Below, one piece after another: positions 53,115 to 64,000 of a stretch of 64,000 bases of DNA. The stretch covers positions 31,250,001 to 31,314,000 of the forward strand of contig NC_045696.1 of the NCBI RefSeq assembly GCF_009834535.1, in the 5' to 3' direction. The notes beneath the pieces are model-generated. The model did not search any database. It was not told the DNA's origin and saw nothing but the letters and a program-made list of their open reading frames with translations. The translations under genes and the position numbers were made by a program. Source of the DNA: Camelus ferus. Its lineage: Eukaryota. How positions within the stretch are numbered: position 1 is the stretch's first letter; each line of letters opens with the position of its first letter.

Positions 53115-53420
53115 ATCAGGTAGTATATAAGCTCTGGAACTGGAAAACCTAAATCCAATCCCAAGCTTTGATAGCTCTGTTGTAACCCTAGGGTAATTTC
53201 TAACTTCCAATTTCTCATCTCTGTGCAGGTTTGAGTATGTAATCCATGTAGATGCTTTAGGCTTTGGCTGGAATAAAAAGTCTTCAATAAATTTTAGCTT
53301 AAGAATAATGACTTGATTATATTTATAAGAGCAGTTGTGAAGAGTGATGAGAATCAAGCCTAACTGCAAGAGATTTAGGATGTGGGTGTAATTATTATAC
53401 AGAAGCAATAAATACTAACC
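53115..53420 (+). mobile_element. MIR SINE remnant (interrupted)
   Basis: GCTCTGGAACTGGAAAACCTAAATCCAATCCCA..CAATTTCTCATCT, later GTTGTGAAGAG. Confidence 0.5.
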
Positions 53421-56400
53421 TGTCCAGTAATTACAGCAGTAACGCGGTAAGTTTATTGACCTTGATGGATACATGATTTGAAGTTAGACACCTTTATTTT
53501 TTCTTGTTATTAATTTTTTGAATGAAGTTCTCTTGAACACATTTCCAGTGGACTGGAAGATCCCGTGAAGAGAGAGATTTTCAAAGAGAGAAAAGTCATA
53601 CAGGATAAGAGGAAAGAATCACAGCCTCCGTAGGCAGGTTAGCTTTGGTAAATAAGACTAAAAGGTATCCCTCTGAACCCAGAGGGGAGTAGAAAAGGAA
53701 CGGGCATGTAGAGATTAGAGGATGGTATTTTTTTTTAAATAGCCTCAGTCTAAAAATATACTATGAAAGGTCAGTTAGAAAGTGAGAATAGCAGAGATGA
53801 GGTTTGATAAGAGAAAGCAGAAAAAGTTTGGGGTTAAGACCAAGTAGAATATTACATAGGGTCACTTTTCGATGACTAAAGCATTTCCCAGAATTAGAAA
53901 GAGAATATAGATAAGGTAGGGATCTACATTATGCCTTAATCCAAAGTGTAGGATCTGAATGTAATTTGCAAGCATTGAAGCACCAACAAAAATAAAGTTA
54001 ATCACACAAAAATTGTAGTTGGGAATGATCAGTTTCAGAGCCCTATAGAAAATATGTTGGAGGAGTAATCTTGGATCAGGAAAGTATAGTTATTAGTCAT
54101 CTTTATAAAACAACTCAGGGCACAAAGCAATGAGAGTGAAAATGGGAGAGGCAGGGTGAAATGGATGGCAGCTATGCATTTTTTCAGTTCAATTTATCCA
54201 TTTCATTCACATGTATATAGCACTTACTATATAGACAAGATTATTATCTGATTATCTGATTTTCTACTATCCCAATACAAATCCCATTATAGAATATATA
54301 ATTTATTTGAAACAATTAATTTTCAAATAAAATTAAAGCAGTATGGCAGAAATTTCTTTACCCAAGGAATTGGCTCTTGGCCATGTGAGAATCAATGAAC
54401 TGACTGGACTTAAGATAGAATTAATTGGCATGATTTGAGGCCATGGAATCAGAAATTTGGCTTATTTAATAAAGGCCGTAGTCTATTATGTTTTCATATT
54501 AAACCAAGTCAATTGCTAATTTTTTCTCAAATACAGAGTTTTTTAAAAAGGTATTCCTAAAGAAAAGGCTCCTATATGACTTGGTGTTTATAAAATTCTC
54601 ATGAAGTCATCATTTTTTTTTACCTGACTGCTTTTGTTTGGTTTTGTTCTGTTTTTAAGTTTGGGGCTGGTCTTTGGAATCAAAGCAACCTTACAGGACC
54701 AATACAGTCATTTGAACTTTGCTCTAAAGATGAATGAAATGTTTGTAGAGGAAAACCATGTTTTGTTTACATAGGGGAAAAGGCAGCAGAAAATTCTTCT
54801 CCAGGGAAAGACATTCCCTGTTGATTTATGTCTGTGACAGGAGAGTAACATAACAAAAGTATACTGCCTGAAATAAAGTGTATACTGCACACAAATTTAA
54901 ATCATATACAATTTACATTTTATTGCACAGTTGTGAATTATGCTTGTTTCCACATGTAATTAGACAGTAGAACACATATGAAGGTTGACTTTAATATTCC
55001 CATTACAAAGAAAAAATACACATGTTGCCCAGGGAAAGGAGTTTTGTTCCTTATATGGATTTCTTTTTCCTTTAGTAAGACACAAGAGATGGAAAGTGGA
55101 CTTTAGGACCAACTATTTGGAAATCTACACAGTAAGAGAAGTCACAAAAAATGTCAACAGTAATTTATGACTCAGACCCTGTGTTACGTGGTAGCTCGGG
55201 AACTTGGAGTCCTCTACTCAGAGATTTAGAGACGTAAAGTCCTAGTAAAATACATTACTGCTCGAGGTACTCCTACTTTTGGCTGGATTACTGTGTGCAC
55301 CTGCCCTTTTAAAAACATCTTTGTCCTCCCTTCCCCCATCCCCAGTAATAGGATTAGAGTGTAAGACAACCTAGCAGATAGGCATTTGCTCCTTCCAAAA
55401 TATTGTGTATATTTTGGCTGCAACTATCTCCAAATGTGTGGTATCCTGTAGATTGGCTATGTCTTTCATACTAGAAAAAGTAGATGAAATAAATCAACTG
55501 ATGGTAAAAGGGCCCTAGAGTAGACTCTGGTAGTAATTGTCAACTTCATGTTTGTAACTCACAGTATAAAATAGGCCTGTGTGTTTTTCCTATCATTAAT
55601 TTAATTCACACCCACCAAATTTTATGTTTTCAATTTGCACTGGGGGGCACAAACAGGATTAATGATGATCTGCCAGTTTTACCCTAAGGTTTAGAATAAT
55701 GCTCTGCACTAGATGAGGAAATTGCCAACTACTTTGCAATATTTTGCACAAGATCATTTTGCCTTCAGCTTTTTGAAAGCAGGATTTAGGCAAGCTCTGT
55801 CTTAAGGGCTGAATTCTACCTATACATGCCATACTTGATCTTACGGACTTACCTTCCATACTAAAGAAGTTATTAATTTCAGAAAGAAAATATCCTAAAG
55901 GGCTCCATATCCTGAAAACTAAAAGACAAGAGTAGAAAAGCACTTGCTTCACAGCATTTCCTAAGACAGGTATTAGCATTAATTGCATATTTAAATGATG
56001 AAGGAAAGCTTTTGAAATGGTTCTGATTATAGTCACAATGTTCCGTAAATTTTCCGATTTTAAATGCTTCTTAAAATAAAGATCAATAATAAGACCAGTA
56101 AATGAAATTTTGCACAATACATGTGATAGTGCTATTCATTCAATGAGAAGTGCACTGGTCATTAGTTCTATGGTGATAAACAAATTAATTTCAAAATATT
56201 GCACTCACATAGATCTGACTCCCAGGATGAGATACATTTTGTAATTTTTTACATGCTTTCTGATTATATTAACAAAACACATTTTCAAAGACATCACTAA
56301 TTGTTAACAATCCATGAAATGCACAATAGCGCATCATTTCCTCATTCTGTACCTGTATAATATGGCTGGTAATACCAATTTCACTGCATTATTGTGTGAA

Positions 56401-58727
56401 TTCAATAAAATACTGCATTAAATGAGACTGACAAGGCTGCTCTGAGAAGGAGCAGCAATCCAGGCTTGAACCCTCACCACATGACTCCCTTCAACATCTT
56501 GACATTTACTTTGTGTTTCAAATTCATGTCTCAGCAACAGGAACTACAATTATTTGTAATGAATCAGTAGGATCATTAAATCTACAAATGTTTAAACTTG
56601 CTATCAAAGATTCACCTTCAAATTTTGTCCTCCAAGTTCTCGCTCATTGCCCAGTTTTTCTAAAGGCAAAGCAAGTTGTCCAATATCTGCTATAATTATC
56701 TGTGCTTCTATCAGCAACGTGAATCACGGTTTTATTGTTATTTGTTCTAAACTCTCGGACCTAAATAACCTTCATTTTTCACATTTGTTGTTTGATTTTC
56801 AATTACCAGAGTGCAGATTAATATGAAGATAGAATTAGGTAAGTGCGGGTGCAGTTTCTTATTTAAAGCTCTGTGGGGTTTTTCCGTAGTGAAACCACAG
56901 CAAATCCTAATAGTTCCAAATAGATGTCATTTGCTAACCTGCAAGAGAACAAAGTGCGTTTTAACAGCTGGAGATGGCCACAGAATTCCAAGGAGAACCA
57001 CATGAGCTATGGATGAGGGATTGAGCCTGGATAATCTCGCTTTTGTGATGCTGTCCAATTCTGTAAATGACTTCCACACTCCATTCAACTCCCTCCATCC
57101 AGCCATTGGCCAGTCTATTCTATTTAAATTACCCTGTCTCAGCTTCTGGTCTAATCAGAACAGTAGTCAGCACTGCTCAACTCATTGTTCCTGCAGTGCT
57201 CAGCTCCACGGGAGCCAAAACATAATGGACCGACATAATGGATAACTGAATTGGAAATAAAAATAAACTATTTGTTTGAAATTTACCTCCCATTTATTAT
57301 ATACTTGCATAGGAGGTCTCTTAAGAATCTGTAGGAGAGCCTTGTCTGGAAAAGTTATATAATATATGTTTATGTGCTGAGAGTGTAATACACATGTGAT
57401 TACCATAGTGTTTCATTGCACTGATTTTTTCAGTAATATGGCCTTGAGGAAATTGGAATGCAAGTCCTGCCACCAAACACATGCCTAAATAACATACTAG
57501 TTATAAAAGTGTTATGCAGGTACATATACACATACGTATAAATCACAGGTGATGACTGTAGTTCTAATCATTAGGGGGTTTGAAATGTTCCTTAGCTGTG
57601 TAGTTTGCCCAAGATAGTCTTATCAAAAAGATGATCTCTCTATTGGACATGAGTGCTGTCAGGATTGAGAGCCCACCATCTAATGATTTAGAATTAAATA
57701 TTATAAAGATCTATTCTCTATACTCTATACATTTCAAGTAAAAGTGCTATTATTGGTAGGAGGAATTTTACCCATATTTCACCCTGTGTATCACTGAAAA
57801 CACACTCTTATTCATTTCACAACATTATTATTACCTGATGGCCATTCAGCATGCAGCCATCAAAATGCAAGATATATGGCTCTCCAGTTGAACACCAGAA
57901 AGCAATGAGCTAGTGCAATTTTCCAGCTCTGGAGAAGAGTGTTGCTTGAAATTTACAACTTCTTAAATGGAAATTAAGGATAATATACAGCAGCTTATAA
58001 GAACAGATGCCTCTATGGGAAAAGGGTTAACATTGGTAATCTGACAGGTTTCAGGTATTTCCTTAAAGTCTCTTAAGAACAAAACCCTTATTATTGAAGC
58101 CTCTGTATGGTAACTCGTGAATGCATCTAAACCACTGGATTTATTTTCTGTAAATTTTTAAACAAAGAGTAGCTTTATTTATTCCAGGGGTTTCAGATAC
58201 CAGTGTAAATCATCTCCATACATATTAGAGGATACATTAGGTTATTCCACAACTTAAAAAAAAAACAAAACTATTAAAATGTGTGTGGAAGATGACTGGG
58301 TTAGGAAGGTCCACTGCTTCTACTTCTAACTATGCACAACAAACATAAATCTTGGTTTTCCTTGGACTTTTTTTTCCCAGTTTTAAAACTGAGTCTTGCA
58401 TCATGGGAACTTTCTTAGTATTGGACAAGCTGGAACATAGTCTCTTAAGATTAGAAAATGACAATAGTTCTTTATTAGCAGCTTCTGATATCTAACAATG
58501 GAAGGTAGACAGTCAGTGTCTTGGCTGCATACCACAGAGATAGAGACACATACATATATATACATAAAAATGGCTAGGTAAGATCAGCAAAGAGAAACTG
58601 AGAGTTAAAAACTAGGATATGAGTGATAGACCAACAAATCCTGGAGAGAAAACTAGCTACTGCTCATCTTAGATGGTGCTTACTAATTATGATGTTCAAT
58701 TCTCACAGAACAACATCTTTAGCATAC

Positions 58728-58890
58728 TCTGGTGGTTAAGGGTATGATCTTTGGAGTTGGACTGCTTCTAAAACAGAGATAATGATATATGGATTTAATG
58801 ATATATTAATGTATATTATTTAATATATATCAATATACACATACATTTAATACATATAGAACACTCAGAATGTAATAAATGTTAGTATTA
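58728..58890 (+). mobile_element. MIR SINE remnant
   Basis: GTGGTTAAGGGTATGATCTTTGGAGTTGGACTGC start; AATAAATGTTAGTATTA end. Confidence 0.65.
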
Positions 58891-60368
58891 CCCTTTCATC
58901 TTCTAGCTGTCACTTGATATGAGAAACAGTATACTTGCTATTGGCTTTCTTTACTATTATATATAACACGTGTCTCTCAGAATTGGGATGGTGCTGAGCA
59001 ATAGGAGACATAAAAAAGGTTATACAGATTCAGATGTTAATATTCACAGCCTTCCTTGCACATTGTTTTGATATTGCTTCACTTTTAGACTACTGTGAGG
59101 TACATATGATCAGATTCCCCATAGAGTGGATAGCTCATTTTGACTTGACAGTTATATAGGTGAGCCATTCTTCTAATGAGTACAAATTCAACACTAACAG
59201 TCCTCTTTCTAATACATGATTATGCTATTTATAATAATTTAAAGTCTACATTTTGCCACTTACTGTATAAATCACCTAAAAGTATATAAGGATGGAGAAA
59301 GAGAGCAAAGAAAAATTAAATGAACAAATTGGTCAGGTTTTAATTGCAGCTTTGGCAAATTTTTACATGACTGCGTCTCTTTGTCGCTGACAATATTGTG
59401 AAAGTGGGTGTTTCTTTGTTAATTTACAGATAAGGTGAAAGAAATAGTATAGAATGGTAAATAAATGGCTTGTGGTTTGAAGGTACTGATAAACTGCAGT
59501 GCATCTGTAAATTTATACATTTTTCCTGTTTAATCTGTGTAATATAGTGAATAAAATATTTAAAAATCAAGATTAATTCTTTACATCAAATAGAATAAAA
59601 TTTTCCGTTACATAAAGGCCATAAACTTCAAATATATGAGGGCCCATTGCATTTACCTTTTATAATCTGTATCACTTCACCCAATATTGTGATTTATAAA
59701 GTAAAGGAGAATAATGATACAAGGCAAAAGTAACTTGGATTTATAGATATAATTAAGACTAAGGCTGACTAGATACTTATCTGAAGAGCTATCTATTCCA
59801 CTTTCCTTCTTCTTCATCAGATAATTACAAGAATCTATTCCAATTGCTTGGGAAATGCTTTACCAGATTAACCCAACAGAGTGGGGTTTTTTTAAACAAG
59901 AAAAATTTCTTAACTTTATCATTAGTGCATGATTCAGTTGACATTATGTTTGTATTCACATGTTACTGCAAGTTTTATAGACACATGTAGGTACACATTT
60001 AACTAGGATATTATTATTTATTAATGTCTTCAAAGATGGTTGTTTCCTGAATTAATTTACAAGCTACAGCTGACAAAGTTTAAAGTAAACCTTCCTAACA
60101 CTTAAAAAATACACATTTTATGCAGTTAAAGGAAACAGCTCTTCCATATACTCTCAAAAATGTGAACTACAAAAGAGGCTGATAAAGAGAGCACTGTGAA
60201 ATTCAATTTAAGGTGGTACTCTCATTTTCTAAGGAGACAGTGAACTGGTAGACTGACGGCTCTTTTCCCCATAATTTACTCTGTAGAAACTATACAAAAG
60301 GTAGCTTAAGCATGAACCTAGGGGACTACAAATAACTGTGAGACTACTTGCAAAGATTAAGTTTCTTT

Positions 60369-60814
60369 GAATACTACTCAGCCATAAAAACCGACACCAT
60401 AATGCCATTTGCAGCAACATGGATGCTCCTGGAGAATGTCATTCTAAGTGAAGTAAGTCAGAAAGAGAAAGAAAAATACCATATGAGATCTCTCATATGT
60501 GGAATCTAAAAAAAAAAAAAAGGAGTATGAATACAAAACAGAAATAGACTCACAGACATAGAATACAAACTTGTGGTTGCCAAGGGGGCGGGGGGTGGGA
60601 AGAGATAGACTGGGATTTCAAAATTGTAGAATAGATAAACAAGATTATACTGTATAGCACAGGGAAATATATACGGGATCTTGTGGTAGCTCACAGAGAA
60701 AAAAATGCGACAATGAATGTGTGTATGTTTATGTATAACTGAAAGATTGTGCTCTACACTGGAATTTGACACAACATTGTAAAATGATTATAAATCAATA
60801 AAAAATGTTAAAAA
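60369..60814 (+). mobile_element. Young 5'-truncated L1 3' end, same subfamily as 20573-24375, with ~20-bp TSD
   Basis: Aligns by eye at roughly 90-95% to 23915-24365. AAAGATTAAGTTTCTTTGAA is duplicated at 60352-60371 and 60815-60834. Confidence 0.96.
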
Positions 60815-61534
60815 AAAGATTAAGTTTCTTTGAAATGATATAAAAGGAGGGGTATGTACCAGCAGGTAAGGATATTTGGTGATAGACTTATCTGAAGAAT
60901 TTATTGGAAGAGATTAAATTTTTATTATTGGAAATGATGTCACCTTTCTTACTTTCACTACAACATGGGAATAAGCAGCAATATCCCATATCATGGGGAA
61001 TAAGATCTATAAATATCAAACACTGTGAAGGTTCTCCTGAGGAAAATAGCATATGGAAATAAATCTGGGCTAAGAACTGTCCACTAACTTCTGTTCTCCC
61101 AAATCTTCAAATATTGAGGATTACAAACTAGGCAGTATAACTATTTTCTAGTGATACTCATTTCAAAAAGTTTAAGTGAGATTATTTGATTAAAATAGTT
61201 AAATGAGGCTGTGGTAGCAAAATGGGATGGTCAATAGTTAATCTGTGATACCCACAGAATCATCTACCCACAGTCCCTACCATCTTTGTAACATCCCCAG
61301 TGGGAACAAAATTGAGGCCTGAGATCCAGCTCCTACTCCACTACACAAGAGACAAGGTAGCTAAAATTTCTGGGGAACATGAGCTCATGGGTCAAAAACA
61401 ATTAGACATCTGGAATGGCATCTGACCACAACAAAAATAAATAGTAAACAAAAGCAGAATATCAGCAACAGAACAGTAGAACATAGATATCAAGGGTAAC
61501 ATATATACTATTATATAATGACATCCATAAATTT

Positions 61535-61598
61535 ATATATTATATATATACATACACAAACACACACATACACACACACACACACAAACATACACACA
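61535..61598. repeat. (TA)n(CA)n microsatellite
   Basis: Imperfect dinucleotide run. Confidence 0.85.
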
Positions 61599-61599
61599 T

Positions 61600-62300
61600 G
61601 CCTCAGGGGAGACATTTATTTTATAAAATGAAATAATGTCCACAACTGGGAAAGGGATGATATATAGGATGGATGGAACCAAAGGAAAATTTAAATACAT
61701 AATCTGAAAGAACAGATTAATTCTTCCAAAAGATATCAAGTTAGGCTAAAAAGACAGAAAATATAAGAAAACAGCTAAGAGTTACAATAACAGGAAATAT
61801 ATTATCATATAAATAATAGAAGTTTCAGTAGAAAGGGAAAAAACAAGGAAAAAATAAAGAAACAATGAATAAAACTTTTACAGAATCAAATCAAGATGAA
61901 GACATAAGATAAAAAGTGCTCTATGAATGCCAAACAGGATAGAAAATATAAGTATATAGCAAGACTAACTTCAGTGAAATTTAAGAAATCAAGAGAGGCA
62001 AGGAATTCTAAAACCTTCAGAGAGAAAATTCAGATCACCACAAGTAACAAAAATTAAGAATGATAACAGAGGCCTAAACAGCAATCCTAGGTCTAACATA
62101 AAAATAATGTCTAAGTATAAAAATAAATGACGTTTGAATACACATCCTGCAAAATTTCATCCTGCAAAACTGTGATTTACATGAGTATGTGCAGTAGAAA
62201 TATTTGGGGGCATTCAAGGCTTCAGAAGTGTCGCCACAGGGAGTTCGTAATAAAAATATTCTTAGAGAAGGAAATAAAACCAGAATAGAAATAAATTCCT
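61600..62300 (+). mobile_element. Old L1/HAL1 ORF1-like remnant
   Basis: A-rich; ATAGAAGTTTCAG, GTGAAATTT..AATTCTAAAACCTTCAGAGAGAAAA..CAGATCACC motifs of decayed ORF1. Includes a duplication CATCCTGCAAAA at 62143 and 62158. Confidence 0.55.
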
Positions 62301-62949
62301 CCCAATGGAGAGCACCTTCTGAAGTAACAAATCAATCTCAGACACACAAAAACAAGAAAACTAGATAGTATCTTCTTATGGTAATATGCAATGTCAAGTA
62401 ATCTATAAAATATCCCTCCTAAAACAAAATTACCTTGACTCTAAACAACACTCCAGATCAAAATACCAATTCCTGAAAAATGTACGGAATACAAAGACAA
62501 GTTAAATTACATCATTAAGAAGCAATCAACCTGTAGAATATAGCTATTTTAGAGCACAGATAACGTGGTTTTTACTACAAAGCAGTGACTAAAAATGGTT
62601 GAAGTCAAAATGATGAAAAAGAAGCTAAGTATGAATATGAGCAAAAAATAACAATAAAAGAGCATAGCACACTTAATATTTGATAAACTAGAATTCAGCT
62701 AAAAAAAAGGAAAGTTTTATGCTTCTAGAACAAGGAATCACAAATATTTATTTTAAGTATATGTGTAAAGTAACAAATGGCACAAGTCAAAAGAAATGAA
62801 TATATTAGTAAAGAGTATACTTGCAGAAACCATCTTTAGTAACTTTCACAGCTATATTGAATATATTGATTATTAATTAAAATCCAACAAAAATCAACAC
62901 AAATGTTTTTTAAATGTCGTGAGTCTAGAAATTTCCTTTAAAATAAATT

Positions 62950-64000
62950 CATCAGGGAAATTGTATCACATCATTTAGAACCGAAAGAAAGCTGTGTTGT
63001 GTTTATCAACCTTTTTCAAAGTACTAAATAAATCAATTAGAAAACAGAAAAAAAGAACAGATAAAGTCTTCATTTTGAGAATAAAAGAGCATGAGAGCAA
63101 TCTCAAATAAAAATGAGAATAAAAAAGATAAAGAGAGATATCAATGAAATAAGAACAGCAATAGTAAATGACAAATATAACCCTAAATTTGCTTATTTGG
63201 AAATACTATTTATGTTGGTTTTTGCAGATTGATAAATGAATAGTAGAGATAAAAAAATCAACAAAATTCAAAAATAAACAGGGGGAGAATCTTTTGATGC
63301 TAAAGGTATTTAAAATATTTTAAAATATGATATATTTTAAATAGCTATTAGATATAAAATTTATCAAGGTGCACTATATCAAAATTGGAAAATTAAGAAG
63401 CAGAAAATGTAGACATTTCAATGAATATTAAATAAGTGGAAATTATATCACCTTTTAAAGATAAAGAAATGAAAAAAATGTTCCATATTTTTATATATAG
63501 TCTTGTGAACCTATAAGGAATAGACTATTCTTCTACATAAAATATAAATCAGAAGTTCTTTATTTCAATTTAAAAATCAAATAAAACCTTGATTATAAAG
63601 TAGAAAAAGAGGCAGTAAAGGAGTCTATTTCAGTTATAACTAGACATGAGAATCCTAAATAAAATATTAGCTAACTAAATGAAATGATGTATTAAAATGA
63701 TGCTCTACATTTAACTAAATTAATAGGCTAATGGAAAAAACTTACATGAACCAACTCAATAGAAAAAATATTAATATTTGATGATGTTAAAAACCTCAAT
63801 TATGGCTTTTAAAAATCCTGGCAAATTAAGAATCAGAGGGAAATTATTTAGGACAGGCAGAACTTTAAAAATCTGTAGCAATTATTATCCTCAATGGAGA
63901 TACTTTGCAAACATTCCCTTTAAATATCAGGAACATAAGTAAGAAAAGCAAAATAAATAATATATACATATAAGAAGGAAACAAATATGCTACTATTATT
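62950..64000 (+). mobile_element. Very old L1 ORF2 remnant (runs off the window)
   Basis: AATCCTAAATAAAATATTAGCTAAC (ILNKILAN) at ~63651; ATTATCCTCAATGGAGA..TTCCCTTTAA..TCAGGAACA (IILNG..FPL..SGT). Confidence 0.75.

Noticed and set aside
53413..53452. TACTAAC branch-point match followed by AG sites and GTAAGT
   Set aside because: No polypyrimidine tract, and it lies at the end of a decayed MIR.
55847..55876. Minus-strand 8-nt microexon-like match (CTTCTTTAG|TATGGAAG|GTAAGT)
   Set aside because: Not frame-preserving and opposite in strand to the other candidates; it shows the chance background for such patterns.
55659..56117. 152-aa ORF, the longest outside L1
   Set aside because: Non-ATG start, no recognisable domain, composition typical of non-coding AT-rich DNA.
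1..64000. CRISPR arrays, operons, tRNA/rRNA genes, NUMTs, processed pseudogenes
   Set aside because: None recognised. The sequence is mammalian repeat-rich DNA, and the only protein-like ORFs are retroelement-derived.

Overview
AT-rich, CpG-poor placental-mammal genomic DNA with no recognisable host protein-coding exon, RNA gene, CpG island or prokaryotic system. I found no evidence of a new biological system here. The window is mostly a layered retroelement fossil record. It contains: (i) a young 5'-truncated LINE-1 (20573-24375) with a disrupted ORF2 and a 13-bp TSD; (ii) a second copy of the same L1 3' end (60369-60814) with a ~20-bp TSD; (iii) older L1 3' ends; (iv) a nested L1MC / ERV-L (integrase, dUTPase, MLT2 LTR) / antisense L1 structure at 194-4094; and (v) MaLR and ERV1 solo LTRs, MER82 and MER5 DNA-transposon fossils, and many L2 and MIR remnants. 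The cetartiodactyl-type L1 3'UTR and the lack of any recognisable lineage-specific SINE suggest a camelid (inference). All subfamily names are recalled from consensus sequences and need RepeatMasker/Dfam confirmation. The most notable details are a YAD(D>N) RT motif in place of FADD, two unrelated L1 stubs truncated within 5 nt of each other, two L1s landing at MIR 5' ends, and a few unverified microexon/enhancer candidates.
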